Positions 22,478 through 34,860 of a stretch of 51,134 nucleotides of DNA are shown here, in pieces. This DNA comes from Octopus bimaculoides (Eukaryota). The notes under the pieces were generated by a model. The model saw only the letters and a list, made by a program, of their open reading frames with translations, searched no databases and had not been told where the DNA came from. Within the stretch, counting starts at the first letter, position 1. Each line of letters starts with the position of its first letter. The DNA is taken from positions 101,688,065 to 101,739,198 of the forward strand of contig NC_068984.1 of NCBI RefSeq assembly GCF_001194135.2, given 5' to 3'. The position numbers were made by a program, and so were the translations under genes.

Positions 22478-23762
22478 TTAAATGACCTGATAGCAGTGTT
22501 GTCATGCAAGATCACAAGGGAACATTTATGGAATATTTGACCTCTTTTATTTACTGAGACATCCCTCATTTTTATAGGACCACTGATATGCCTTCTTCAG
22601 GCACAAGCCTGGACAAGATTGTGTAGAAGGAACTCAATGATTTCAGTTGTGAACAATGGAGATATTAAGTGTGGAGTGTCTGGAAGAATTGGGTATGTGT
22701 TTAATAAAGACTGTAGGGAGTGAGACACATCATTAGTAAAGAATGTAGAATGGAAGAAAGATAGATGTATTAAATGTGTAAGATGTACACAGTTTATTAG
22801 TTAAAATGAGGAGAAGTAATTCTTTTATCTTGTATTACTGAATGATGTGCTAAACGAAAAAAAAAATGACTTCAATACTTTCCCCAAATTTACATCAAGC
22901 AAAATGGAACTCAATATCTCTTTCGTACATTCAGTAATAGTGAAATTTGAGTGGTATTAATTTCAAGTGACCTTTATCCAGTGTGCACACTTTATAAATG
23001 CATGAACAATCATGGTGACCTGGTTTGATTAATAACTCTTAGTTAAGCATACAACAATTACTAGCATTTACATTTTAGTCTCTTAAACACTGTGCTTTCA
23101 TATTAATTTTGTCACCTATATACTTCAGCCATTCAGACACTTTCATATCAATTTTCTTTTTATCAAATTTAAATTCTTACAAGGAAATATCTTAAAATTT
23201 TTATTTTTGAGAAGTTTTTAATTTTCAGACGAGAGTAAAGATATATTAAGAATCAACTTGAAACTACAAGTAATAATTAGGTTATTCTGACACTAAACAT
23301 ACTGTGTTGTTAGAATGTTGGTTATTATATGACCTAAGACTTGGAAAGATAATTGTTAATGTTAAATTTTGGGGAGTACCTGACCAAGCACAACTGTTTG
23401 AATCCATTATTTCTCAACTCCTGTATCAATATCTCTTGACACTAATGTCTGTAGTCACCCATTAAGACACTAGATGATCAACAAATCTTAATATGTACCA
23501 AATGAAAAAAACAAAAATGCAGCAATGTCTCAAGTTTATCATTAGGCCTAATAGTCAGTGATAAAGTCCTTTAACCAATCATGATGATTATAAGCAACCA
23601 TTAGTTTTAACCAGACTCCACTGTCTCTATGAATTCTCCAACATCACAAATCAAACTTGCCTGTATGCAATCACTAATACCACTATCTAGCCACCATCCT
23701 TTTACAAAGTACAAAGTATTTTACCTGACAATCTTCCATTCAATTTGGAAAACTTTTTAAAG

Positions 23763-24125
23763 GTGCAGATATGGCTGTGTGGTAAGAAGTTTGCTTCTCA
23801 ACCACATAGTTCCAGGTTCAGTCCCACTCTGTAACATGTACTTTGGGCAAGTGTCTTTTACTATAGCCTTGGGCCAAGGATTTGGTAGACAGAAAATGAA
23901 AAAATCTGTGATGTGTGTATATACATAGATATATGTGTCTGTACTTGTCTCCCATCATCACCACTTGGCAACCAGTTTTGGTGTGTTTACAGCCTCGTAA
24001 CTTAACTATTCAAATAAGAGATTGTTAGAATAAGTACCAGGCTTAAAATCATAAGCACTGGGGTCAATTCATTCAACTAAAATGTCTTCGAGGTGGTTCC
24101 CTAGCATGGCTGCAGTCTAATGACT
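23763..24125 (+). mobile_element. SINE family B
   Basis: GGCTGTGTGGTAAGAAG...GGTTCAGTCCCACT...CATGGCTGCAGTC..ATGACT. Confidence 0.85.
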
Positions 24126-24166
24126 TAAACAGGTAACAAAAAATATATATGTTTACGAATACTTAC

Positions 24167-24263
24167 AGATTTCTTGTTGCTTGTTTTTTGGGGAATATCA
24201 AAATAGACATTTTTCTGGTCCTCATTTCTTATAGATTTTTGCCTGTTGGGAAACATTGGAAAT
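24167..24263 (-). CDS. Uncharacterised gene, coding exon 3: (K)FPMFPNRQKSIRNEDQKNVYFDIPQKTSNKKS
   Basis: Acceptor tatcag|A completes the phase-2 codon AA|A; strong donor TCT|GTAAGT; 97 nt. Confidence 0.8.
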
Positions 24264-24559
24264 CTGATACATTTTATTTGAAACAAAATCTCTGCTTTCA
24301 AAAAAGTGCTTGTAAATTGTATTAACATCTAATTTGTTCATTTTTGTTTAGCTCATCAATAAATCAATATAAGAAGTAATGCATAATTATATCAACATTG
24401 CTTCAAGCGCTGTTCACTAACATTACATTGTATCCAAAGGTACAGCTAGGTGCTAAAAGTAGAGGTAGTGAGCTCATAAAAAAATATATTGTGACACATA
24501 CCAAACAATTTTTAACTCCTTTCTCTTATATTATATGAAGTATTTCATAAGTTATTACA

Positions 24560-24908
24560 TAGGCGCAGGAGTGGCTGTGTGGTAAGTAGCTTGCTTACCA
24601 ACCACATGGTTCTGGGTTCAGTTCCACTGCGTGGACCGACAAAAGCCTTGTGAATGGATTTGGTAGACGGAAACTGAAAGAAGCCCATCGTATATATGTG
24701 TGTGTTTGTGTGTCTGTGTTTGTCCCCCTAGCATTGCTTGTCAACCGATGCTGGTATGATTATGTCCCCATCACTTAGCGGTTCGGCAAAAGAGGCCGAT
24801 AGAATAAGTACTAGGCTTACAAAGAATAAGTCCCGGGGTCGATTTGCTCGACTTAAGGCAGTGCTCCAGCATGGCCACAGTCAAATGACTGAAACAAGTA
24901 AAAGAGTA
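24560..24908 (+). mobile_element. SINE family B, CpG-rich, with an internal deletion after the tRNA head
   Basis: Near-identical to the reverse of 16190-16608 but lacks the CACCTTGGGCAAGTGTCTTCTACTATAGCC segment. Confidence 0.9.
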
Positions 24909-25194
24909 TACGTAATTGCATTCTTCATTCATTAATTTCATGTTTCATCGACATCATTGTGTGTGAAACTTACTACTGATATAGGTAACTAAAGAGTTTT
25001 AAAAATTTGTTGAAATGGCGCCAATTTTGTAAAATGTGCTCATAGTGGTGGTGAGAGGGTCACTCCCCTTCCTCCTCTCTTAGCTATGCCACTGATTTCC
25101 CCATATATGTTTTGCAGAATATCGAAAATGATGGATATTCATCTACAATAATCAAACAATGTCAAGACAAGGAGACACAAGCATACACACTCGC

Positions 25195-25350
25195 ACATAC
25201 ATATGTGTGTGTAATAAATCCACTCACACAAGGCTTAGGTCAGCCTGGGGCTATATCAAAGACACTTGCCCAAGATGCCATGCAGTGGGACAGAACCTGA
25301 AAAATGTGGCTGCAAAGCAACCTTCTTAACCACACAACCACACCTATATA
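25195..25350 (-). mobile_element. SINE family B, 5' part
   Basis: AATCCACTCACA...GACACTTGCCCAAG...CTTAACCACAC. Confidence 0.75.
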
Positions 25351-25587
25351 TACAGCCACCATGATTGACCGCTAGCCGCTAAAGCTTTTTCTATTCTCCA
25401 CTCACATTTAGAAAAGTGGGCGAGATGTGTGTGTGTACACACATATATAACTACAAAAGCTCTGTACTGTCTTAAACATCAAACGATAGTAGACACAATG
25501 ATTAGATCATGTGATTAGAATAAAGGAAGAATGATTTCTTCATAAAACCCTCTTCAGTGAATTAGCCATCAGGAAAAGACTACAAAG

Positions 25588-25620
<33 letters not shown>

Positions 25621-25623
<3 letters not shown>

Positions 25624-26491
25624 GGTGTGGTGAATAAACTGTCACCTAAATTATGCGAAAATGAAAATAACACTGACATCTCATTTGAACAGATATATTG
25701 ATATATTTACCAAAATTACATAAATATATCTTGAAATACTAAAGAGTAAATTTATTCAATAAAATTGACATTGGCTTCAACCACGGCCTCCAGATGACTT
25801 CAGAATCTCCTGCAACTCTTCTGGATGGTCTCCTTGTTTAAGTTGGTGAATGCTGTTGTAATCCTTGCCTTCAGTTCATCTTTGGTGTTACAAGGAGTTT
25901 TGTTGGTCTCTCACTCAACTGTTGGGTTGCAGTCTGGGGAGTTAGGTAGCCAGATGTTAGGGGTGGTGTGGTTGCAGAAATTGTCTGACAGCCATGACTG
26001 AGTTGTTCTGCTTGTGTGACATGGTGCAGAGTCCTGTTGCCAAACATAGGGTTTTCCAGCAGCCACCCTCTTGACCCAGGGCAGCACTACCTCCTCCAGG
26101 CACTTGGTGTAGGCTTCTGTGTTGAGTATGAGGCTGTGTGGGAAGATGAATGGAGGCATAACATCATCATCAGTAGTGATCACTCTAAACACCATGATGT
26201 TGACTGGATGTTTGATTTTTATCACTCTCAGTACATGTCCTCAGATTGCACTGTCCTCTGATACCTAAACACTCTGAAATGTTCGTAGTGGAGCTTCTGC
26301 TGTGAATGCCAATCTGTACAGTATGTCATTTCCAAATTTCTGGCAGAGCAAATTGTATCATGGTGTTGTTTTTCTCACAGACAGTGCCCATCTGACCCTA
26401 TTATACTGTGCAGTCGACAAAATCAAAAACAAACAATGTGCATGCACGAAATTAAAAATATGAAATGGCAAAATTTATCCATTGCACCCTG
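25621..26491 (-). mobile_element. Internally deleted Tc1/mariner-superfamily element, probably maT (DD37D)
   Basis: TA|CAGGGTG...CACCCTG|TA termini. Transposase fragment VWQQDSAPCH...IWLPNSPDCNP; spacing would be 37 residues to the NPLD aspartate, which is deleted here. Confidence 0.85.
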
Positions 26492-26997
26492 TATATTTTT
26501 TTTTTTTTTACTGAAGTCAAGATTTTAAAATTGAGACAAAATTGTGGAAAACTGAAGCCCGGAACCATACCAACTGACATAGCTCTATTACCATCAGAAC
26601 CAACATTTTAGAAATAAAAAAAAAAGAGAAAATTTGAAGAAAATCACGAAGATGCAACAACAAGCATGCTCTCCAGCACCAACTCTTGCTTTGCCATTTT
26701 TTACCAGTTTTCTTGGACGATTAGCTACACACATGCACACACACATGCATACAAACACACATACACTACACATACACACGTGTGCATGCATGTCTGTACA
26801 TGCACACACACACACACACACACACACATTTTATTGCATATAACATTTTCATAGTTTCTGAGCAAGTTTTTTGAAATGTATTAAAATAATGCATCTCTTG
26901 TCCCTATACATTGGGATTCCTAGTAATAGTAATAGGTATTATACTAAGGAATCCCCATGTAATTCATAAAATATTGATTAATCTGAATGATACATAC

Positions 26998-27242
26998 TTG
27001 CAAAATTGGTTCTGAACTTGTTCTTGATACATCTGTAAGTGACTTGCATCAACAGATCTGTTTCTGTGTGCTTCTAGGTTTTGTTGTGGCGTTTTCTCTT
27101 CTTCTTGCACGTTTGTTTGATCTCCTTTAGCTGGACTGTCCTCAGTTTTTGGTTGAGATTTGTTTCCATCATCCTTTTCCTCTTTTCCATCTGCAGCACT
27201 GGTGCTAGCAACCTTTGGCTTAGCTTCCTCTTTAACTGGAGG
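26998..27242 (-). CDS. Uncharacterised gene, coding exon 2: PPVKEEAKPKVASTSAADGKEEKDDG...SHLQMYQEQVQNQFC(K)
   Basis: Acceptor tttattag|CCT, 245 nt open, phase-2 donor AA|GTATGT. Charged low-complexity coding composition. Confidence 0.8.
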
Positions 27243-27327
27243 CTAATAAAGTAATAATAATAATAAATGAAATTATAGACAATCTAATTTTTGAAAAATG
27301 ATTAATCTATGTTGTTTTCTTCTCTCT

Positions 27328-28469
27328 TTATTTTTAATTTTATGTATCAAATATATTCATTTAACCTTGATATTTGGAGCACAGCATGTATTTTGGTAAC
27401 CAAAATTTCAGAACCTTTGGTGGTTTGGTTTGTTTACTCAGTCTTGATATATATATTTTTAACAGATAAACAAGTGTAGTGAGATTCCTGCTGAGTTTTA
27501 AACCATCACCTTTGGGTTTCCCAGCTCAGGCTCACAGCCTACCATATTGCCATAAAAAGCCAGGCCACTTTGGAAAATTTATGTCACCATAAAAGGCATT
27601 AATGCAAATGCAAATATGACTCGACCAATAAAATCAGGTGAGCTCAGATCTTCCCATCAAATAGTTAGGTCAAATCTCTTAGGAAATCTCTGCCAGCTTA
27701 GTAAAAGCTGGCAAATTAAATCTCAGACAGAATCATCCAGGAGTCATACGGAGCCATGTCATTTTACTCTGTGTGATGGTCTCTCCTCAACTTCTATGTT
27801 TTCTTATAGAATAACACAGAACTCTGTTGGTCAGTTTTGTAATGAGATGTTCTCATATTTTTCTACCCTCTCTGTCTTTAATAACTATGATCAAATATTA
27901 TATAAATCACTAAAATATTTCATACAATCAAGACTTGTAACTGCCACATTTGATTGTCTCTTGTATGATGTAACATCATACAAGAGACGACATAGAAGTT
28001 GAGGAGTGACCATCTCACAGAGTAAAGTAACATGGCTCCGTATGACTCCTGGATGATTCTGTCTGAGATTTAATTTGCCAGCTTTTACTAAACTGGCAGA
28101 GATTTTCTAAGAGGTTTGACCTAACTATTTGATGGGAAGATCTGAGCTCACCTGATATTATTGGTCAAGTCATATTTGCATTGACATTAATGCCTTTCAT
28201 GGTGACAAAAATTTTTCCAAACTGACCTGGCATTTTTTTTTATTTTGCAATATTGTAGGCTATGAACCTGAGCTGAGAAACCCAAAGGTGATGGTTTAAA
28301 ATTCAGCAGGAATCTCACTACACTTGTTTATCTGTTAGAAATATATATCAAGACCGAGTAAACAAATCAGACCTTCAATGGTTCTGAAATTTTGGTTACC
28401 AAAATACATTCTGTGCTCCAAATATAACCAGGTTAAATAAATATATTTGATACATAAAATTAAAAATAA
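27328..28469. mobile_element. Large foldback element with ~470-bp inverted arms and a ~190-bp spacer
   Basis: About 27328-27800 is the reverse complement of about 27995-28469 at high identity (e.g. CATGGCTCCGTATGACTCCTGGATGATTCTGTCTGAGATTTAATTTGCCAGC). No TSD identified. Confidence 0.9.
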
Positions 28470-28739
28470 TTGTTGTACAAATGTAAATGCAAATGTTCCA
28501 GATGATAAAAAATATGAAAATTTATATAAATATTCATTCATGTGGTCATTCTCACCTTCACATGCTTCTCACCTAATATTGTGTACTATGAACAATGAAT
28601 TAATGACTAAGATCCACACTAAACAGAAATTATCAGTAGATTTTGTAAACCTGGACACAAGTAAGCAATTTTGATTATGCAAAAGAGTTGATATTAACTT
28701 TAGCACAAAATCTAGAAACAGGAGGAAATGGTATAGACT

Positions 28740-28880
28740 ATTAAATCAGCCACATCATTTGACTGCTATGTATTTTATTGACCGTAGAAATATAAAAGGT
28801 GGTGTTGAACTAGGGAGGATTTGAACTCCAAATGTAAAGGAATGCAGCTAAATACTATGAGGTATTTTGTTGGATGATTT
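28740..28880 (-). mobile_element. Decayed SINE related to family A
   Basis: TATTTTATTGACC...GGATTTGAACTCCAAATGTAAAG. Confidence 0.5.
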
Positions 28881-29639
28881 ATTAGATCTGAAAATTCAAT
28901 GTTTTACAAAAATATGTTTAAATATACAAATGTTTTCTTATCCAGATCAAATTAAATGATATTTCAGAGATTTCTTAAATGAGGTGTTTGAGTGATTATG
29001 TGACTATTTATCCAGGATAACGGGTACTTGATCAATTTTTATTTATAAATACACATACACGTGCACGCGCACCGCACACACACACATTCACACAAATAGG
29101 GTCTTCTAGGTAGAAGTATTACCTTTTATGGTTGGTAGGCTGCTCTCCAACTGGATGGTAGATAGTTGTCACTTGTCCTCATCCATTTCCTAACTCTCTT
29201 GAGTGGCTCTAAATGCCATACCCTGATAAGCAGCTTCAGCTAAAGAATAAAACCATATGAAAGGGTGGTGCTAACATGCTGCCACTAAGTGAATTAGTTC
29301 CATGACGAAGTCATCAGCTAGGGCAGAAAAAGTTCTTAAACTGAATTGTAACTGTTTCATGTTTACAGCCAAGGTAAGCCCACCAGCTGAATATTTAGCC
29401 GTGGTTTAATAGTGAGTGGAATGGACTCTGCCAGATTCCATGGCCAAGATTTGCCATATGACAATGATGAACTAACCAAAAAATAATACCAATCACAGCC
29501 TAGATTAATAATGACCATGACATCTTTCTCTCACTGAGATGGATGGAAGATAAAATAAGTGCACTACAAGTGTCTTGAAATAGCATATTAGTGGAAGAGA
29601 GAATATATTGTGGAAGAGAAAATATTTGTGAAACATAGA

Positions 29640-30560
29640 CTATAAGAACTCCAAGTCAAAATGTGAAACTAAAAATAGCTCATTCATGAGACAAAGATAC
29701 AATTGGCACCTCCTCAGACTCAGTGAAAGCAGATGGAAGATCATTGAAGAAACACAGAATGAAAAAAGACATTTCAGTCGTGATAAGAACAGCCATACAG
29801 ATAGTATAGGATTCCTAGTTAACAAATCCATCAAGAACACTGTACTAAGATGATAACCAATGTCAAATAGACTGCAACTATCCACCTCCACATGTGCAAG
29901 CTCCATGAGTCAGAGTGTCTATTCCAGTGCATCTCTCTCACCTCCTCTGGGGCAACGCCTTTTCCATTTTGTCCTCTGTGACCATGTGGAGGTCACAATT
30001 ACAGGAAATTGTGCATTCCACTACTTAATGTAAAGTTACTCCACTTCAATTAAAAGGTAAACTCCTACAAATAAAACCCAACAGCATTACAGTTCACAAG
30101 TTTACATCCCAACAATAGACTACAATGATGAACACACTGAAGAATTCTATGTCATCAACAACAGAAACAGGAAAGGTATGATTATGATACAGAGTGTCTG
30201 GAATACCAAGGTAAGAAGGGACTCACAAAGTGACTGGGTTGTGGGGATTTCGTTGGTATTTTATGTAATGACACCTCAAATGAAGTGGGAATTGCACCAA
30301 CTGAATTTTGTCAGTTATAAAAAACATGGTACTGTCAAACACCCTGGTATACACAACATATTCTGTATATAAGCGTGGCATACCCCCCCCCCCCCGCCAA
30401 CTGATTCCACCACTCGATGGACCATATGTTAGTGCAAAACCTAAGTAAACAAACAGAAGACCATGAGAATAAGTAAGAGATTCATTAGGTTTTACAAAAC
30501 CCTGCAAGAAACAGTAGTCAAATGACTTCAAATCACAACAAAGAAAATACCCGAAGAAGT
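29640..30560 (+). mobile_element. RTE-group LINE AP-endonuclease remnant
   Basis: Fragments RYNWHLLRLSESRWK...GFLVNKSIKNTVL, VYIPTIDYNDEHTEEFY and a decayed NMVLSNTL...DHMLV segment. Frameshifted. Confidence 0.75.
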
Positions 30561-30824
30561 AAATGTTTATTAACTTCTGTAAAAAAGAAAAAAAACAGAA
30601 GAAAGAAAGCTATGAGGTTTCATTTTGAAGGAATGGGATCATCAGATATTCAAGGACCTCCTTGATTCTTCAGACCCTAGACTGATGTTGAATAGGCTTT
30701 GACTATTATAAGCACAAGCTGCAACAGTGTGCACATAAAATCCAAGCAATTATATTTGTGTTGAATGGTATTTTTAAAATACACCAAAAATAAAATGAAA
30801 AAGTATTCAAAAACTGTTATTTAC

Positions 30825-30917
30825 AGTTTCTTCTTTCTGTTTTTTCTTCAACTCTATTCTCTGGGCTAGCGTTAATCCATCATCTACTTTCTCCTTTTTC
30901 TTCTTCTTTTTTGGCAT
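30825..30917 (-). CDS. Uncharacterised gene, first coding exon: MPKKKKKKEKVDDGLTLAQRIELKKKQKEET
   Basis: ATG in a good context (AAAATGC) after an in-frame TAG (30944-30942). Exon acceptor tctatttcag| at 30980, phase-0 donor ACT|GTAAAT, in frame with exon 2. Confidence 0.72.
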
Positions 30918-31104
30918 TTTCTTAAAGTTCCTACAAGTCTTCTACTGCAACTTCAACTCTGGGAAGTACTTTTCTTTTAACTGAAATAGATAAAGATATC
31001 AGACTTCCTTGAAATTTTCTATATGTTAATTGTTTGTGTTTTAACATTTAATCTAAACAACTGCATTAAAACAAACTTTGTCATATTACACTGCAAAACT
31101 ACAT

Positions 31105-31158
<54 letters not shown>

Positions 31159-31334
31159 CATATATATGTGTGTATGTGTGTGTGTGTGTGCATGCATATA
31201 TATGTGTATGTATATATAAACTCAGATGAATATGGTACTTAAGTTGGAGCACCAGAATTTAGTACGGTATTATCCATACAATTTCAAAGTAAGGTGATTA
31301 TGTATATATATATATATATATAACATAAATAATA

Positions 31335-31990
31335 TGGTGGCAAGAAATGGGTTCTCTATAAATTTGTCAAGCACTGAAGACAGTGGGTAGGCTAAAGGAG
31401 AAACACCAGCACCCCAGACTAAAGAAGCTCTTCACCCACATAAGATGTTGTTATCTATTTGGTGGGATATGAAAGGTTTAGTCCACTTTAAACTTTTAAA
31501 CTCAAAGCAAGCGATAACACAGGAGATCTACTGCAAGCAGATTGGGTGGCTTAAGTCAGCGCTAGAAGAAAAATGACCATCTTTAGTTTCAAGACTAAAG
31601 TTGTTCTTCCATCAGGATAATACTTGCCCACATACAGCGAGAATGACATTTCAAAGGATGGAGCAGTTTGAATGGGAAATGATGCCTCACCTACCATATT
31701 CACCAGACATTGCCCCATCTGATTATCATTTACTCCACAGTTTTCAAAATCATTTGGGTGGATAAAATATGAATTCTGTAGATGAGGTCAGATCAGTACT
31801 GGAGGAGTATTTTTCATCACGGACAAGTGAATTTTGGAAGGGGTGGGGCCTTGCAAATCTACCAAATAGATGGAAGAGCATTGTAGAAAATGAAGGCGAA
31901 TATATTTTAGATTAATAAAAAACTTTGTTTATCTTAATTGTGAAAAATAAAGAAGTATAAAAAAACATACTATTTATGGGATGACCCAAC
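31335..31990 (+). mobile_element. Mariner (DD34D) transposase remnant with its 3' end
   Basis: FFHQDNTCPH...PHLPYSPDIAPSDYHL with exactly 34 residues between the aspartates; ends ...TTATGGGATGACCCAA. Confidence 0.9.
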
Positions 31991-32102
31991 ACACACATGT
32001 ATATATATCGATAGATACAACAATGTTATATGCCATTACTTATGTTTCACATTTGTATCATTGGGTAATTGTACACAGATTAGCCTAATAAATATAATTA
32101 TA

Positions 32103-32265
32103 CAGGCTACGCTGTGAGATTAAGAAGTTAGCCTTCATAACTATATGATATCAAGTTCAGTTCCCCTGTGCAACAACCTAGGTAAGTGTCTTTTACTAGA
32201 ACTCTAGGACAACCAATGCCTTGTGAGAGAATTTGGTTGATGGACACTATAGAAAGCCTGTCAAA
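32103..32265 (+). mobile_element. SINE family B, decayed 5' part
   Basis: GTTCAGTTCCCCTG...GTAAGTGTCTTTTACTA...CCTTGTGAG. Confidence 0.65.
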
Positions 32266-32486
32266 GATGTGTGTGCGTGTGTGTTTACATACATATGTCT
32301 GTGTGTAAGAGTGAATAATAAGAAGTATAAGAAGCTGTAAAATAATGCTTCAATAATATATTCATCAAACCCATGCCACCATTGAAAAATGAACAGAAAA
32401 ATGAATGAACACACAGACTATGCTTGTAAGAGAAACATTTTTTTCTTCTTTTTTTTTGTTCATTACAAATGATATATAAGACACTT

Positions 32487-32695
32487 AAGGTTGCAAGCTG
32501 GCAGAATGGTTAGCATGCCACGTAAAATGCTTAGTGGCATTTATTTCAACTGTCTTTATGTTCTGAGTTCAAGATCAATTTTGCATTTCATCCTTTTGGG
32601 ATTGGTAACATAAGTACTGGTTGAGCACTGAGGTTAATGTAGTTAACTTACTCCCTCCCCTAAACTTACTGGCCTTGTGCCAAAATTTGAAAGCA
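32487..32695 (+). mobile_element. SINE family A
   Basis: GCAAGCTGGCAGAATGGTTAGC head, core, and GCCTTGTGCCAAAATTTGAAA tail. Confidence 0.85.
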
Positions 32696-34037
32696 ATGCA
32701 GGAGACACATGTATTATCAATGTTTGTTAATAACATGCTGCAGTAATAGAATCCTGTTTCTTTTTACAATTTTTGCATTTCTACCTCATATAAATAATGT
32801 ACCTGTCTTATAACACATTAAGACAAAACACAGCTGACAAAATAATGTTTGGTTTACCTTATTGCAACTTTCCCATTTCTTTAGTAAATAAACTAATATC
32901 CATAGCAGTGAACTTTTAGTTTCAGTGAATGCAAGATAAAATAATATCACAAGAATGATGGAATAATGGTCAATATGAAAAGACTCAAGAAAATACTGGA
33001 TACTTTACGTGTCAAGAATCAAGTTGTTTGAGTTAGTTATTTATGGTTTGCTTGTCTTGTTCAATGTATCCGACTGATTACCTTCAGCTTTCAGTGTTGT
33101 TTAGCTTAAGGAAGATCAATATAAGTCTGTGCAAAACAATTAGAACCTCTCTCTTGACAATGTTAACTGATTGATAGACATAGTAAACACACTTGTTCTG
33201 ATTATAGAATCATATCTGACAATGATAACAACAGCTTTCTTAACACAATATTCTCTTTCTTTCTTCTTTCTTTCCTATTCATATATTTTACCTTGATCAC
33301 CAACTCTCTTACTCTTCTTCACTCTTTTTGTCTTATTAGCTTTTTTCCAGTAACTAATCAGAAGAAGATGGATCATATCCATGACCATTGCGGTCTCTTC
33401 CAGATTAGTGGTGTTGATTCAGTTGATGATAGTCAGTCACAATATACACCAGTTAATGTTTAAAGGAATACCATAAACAGGAAAAGAATTCTAGAAGGCT
33501 GCAGTGCTGGGAAAAAGGGTTTAGTGCAAGATGTATGTGATTACTCAGTCGGTTGAAAAATTGTCTAGAATGAAATCAGGAGCTAAAAAAGGTTGAGACC
33601 ATTATTTTGAGACATGGGACAAAAAATAGCTTATAATTACTAATGTTTGAATCCCCCAGAAAATGAGCTCATGACATAGAGGGTTGGAAAAAAATCATCT
33701 AAATGACTATGTAGATATCTGTGCTTATGAGAGAGAGGGGAGTGAGGGAAAGAGGGAGGGAGGGAGGGAAAGAGGGAGGGAGAGGGAGAGAGAGATGGAC
33801 TATACATGAGAAATGTATAACTAGTCTTCATATACTTCAGCCATCCAGTTTTGATCTGATTAATTTGTTTAGATCAACTTGACAATATATTCATTTTTTA
33901 CTTATTTATTTCTCAGTGTTTAATTCAACAAGATATCGTAAATTATCACCAAGTTCAAAAACAAAAAGCGCAATACAGAAAGGTTGGCATTGTTTATACT
34001 GTCCAAAAATGTTGATCACCTAATCTTACTGAAATTA

Positions 34038-34178
34038 ATTCCGTAGAGGTCAACTTTGCCTTTCATCCTTTTGGAGTTGATAAAATAAGTACCAGTTGAG
34101 TACTAGAGTGAGTCGATGTAATTGACTTATCCCCTCCCCCAAAATTGTTGGGCTTGGGCCAAAATTTGAAACCAATCT
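34038..34178 (+). mobile_element. SINE family A, 3' part
   Basis: GGTCAACTTTGCCTTTCATCC...GATAAAATAAGTACCAG. Confidence 0.85.
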
Positions 34179-34860
34179 TACTAAAGTTAAAATAACTACA
34201 ATCAGTCTCACTCTATAGATATACTCTGTGGATTAAACCAGCAGGTTTGTTTATAGGATGCATGATGGCTTATTTTCCCCCAAAGGCCCTAAGAGTTATG
34301 CCAGTGGAGCACAAAATCCTATGATAAGCCAGGCCAATATGGACCACCTCTTCCCAGCAGTAAAGATAGGTTTGTGTAGGGCCAACACTCCTCCCTACTG
34401 AGAAAAAAGCAAAGTTTCAAATTCATTGATGACAATTCAAAGTGAAAGATACTCTGATGGCAATTCAGAACCTCCTGGAAGAGGAAGGCCATTCTTCTGG
34501 GAAACATAGGATATGTCAGCATTCATCAGGAACCTACAAGGGACGAGAGGATATTTACCTTGTGCCAAGAGAGTCCTAATGTTTGAACTGGCATTCTGTC
34601 AGTTACAATGACGAGTGTTCCAGTTTATCTGATCAATGGAACGCAAACAGACAAACACATGCACACACTCATACATACATACATACATCTACTTAAGCGC
34701 CGTTGTAATATAATTATCTTCGATATCCACTTGGTAGTGAAAGCCTATCTTAGATGAATCAAATTTAGAAATAACTGTTGATGATCACCAGCTATCACAA
34801 CACTGCTTATATAGATCTACTGCATCTCAATTTGATAGACTTTCAAAATACGGGATGGTC

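Noticed and set aside
23581-23616. ATGA-11nt-AA-...-GA pattern as an alternative SECIS
   Set aside because: Helix II is AU-rich with a bulge and a mismatch, there is no helix I, and it lies 5.9 kb from the stop, antisense within an intron of the other gene.
33381-33420. ATGA-CCATTGCGGTC...GATTAGTGG hairpin
   Set aside because: No apical AA and no correctly placed GA; too far from MSRB1.
33351-33461. Plus-strand exon after ttttttccag (TNQKKMDHIHDHCGLFQ...)
   Set aside because: Short, ends in a stop, no partner exons or recognisable homology.
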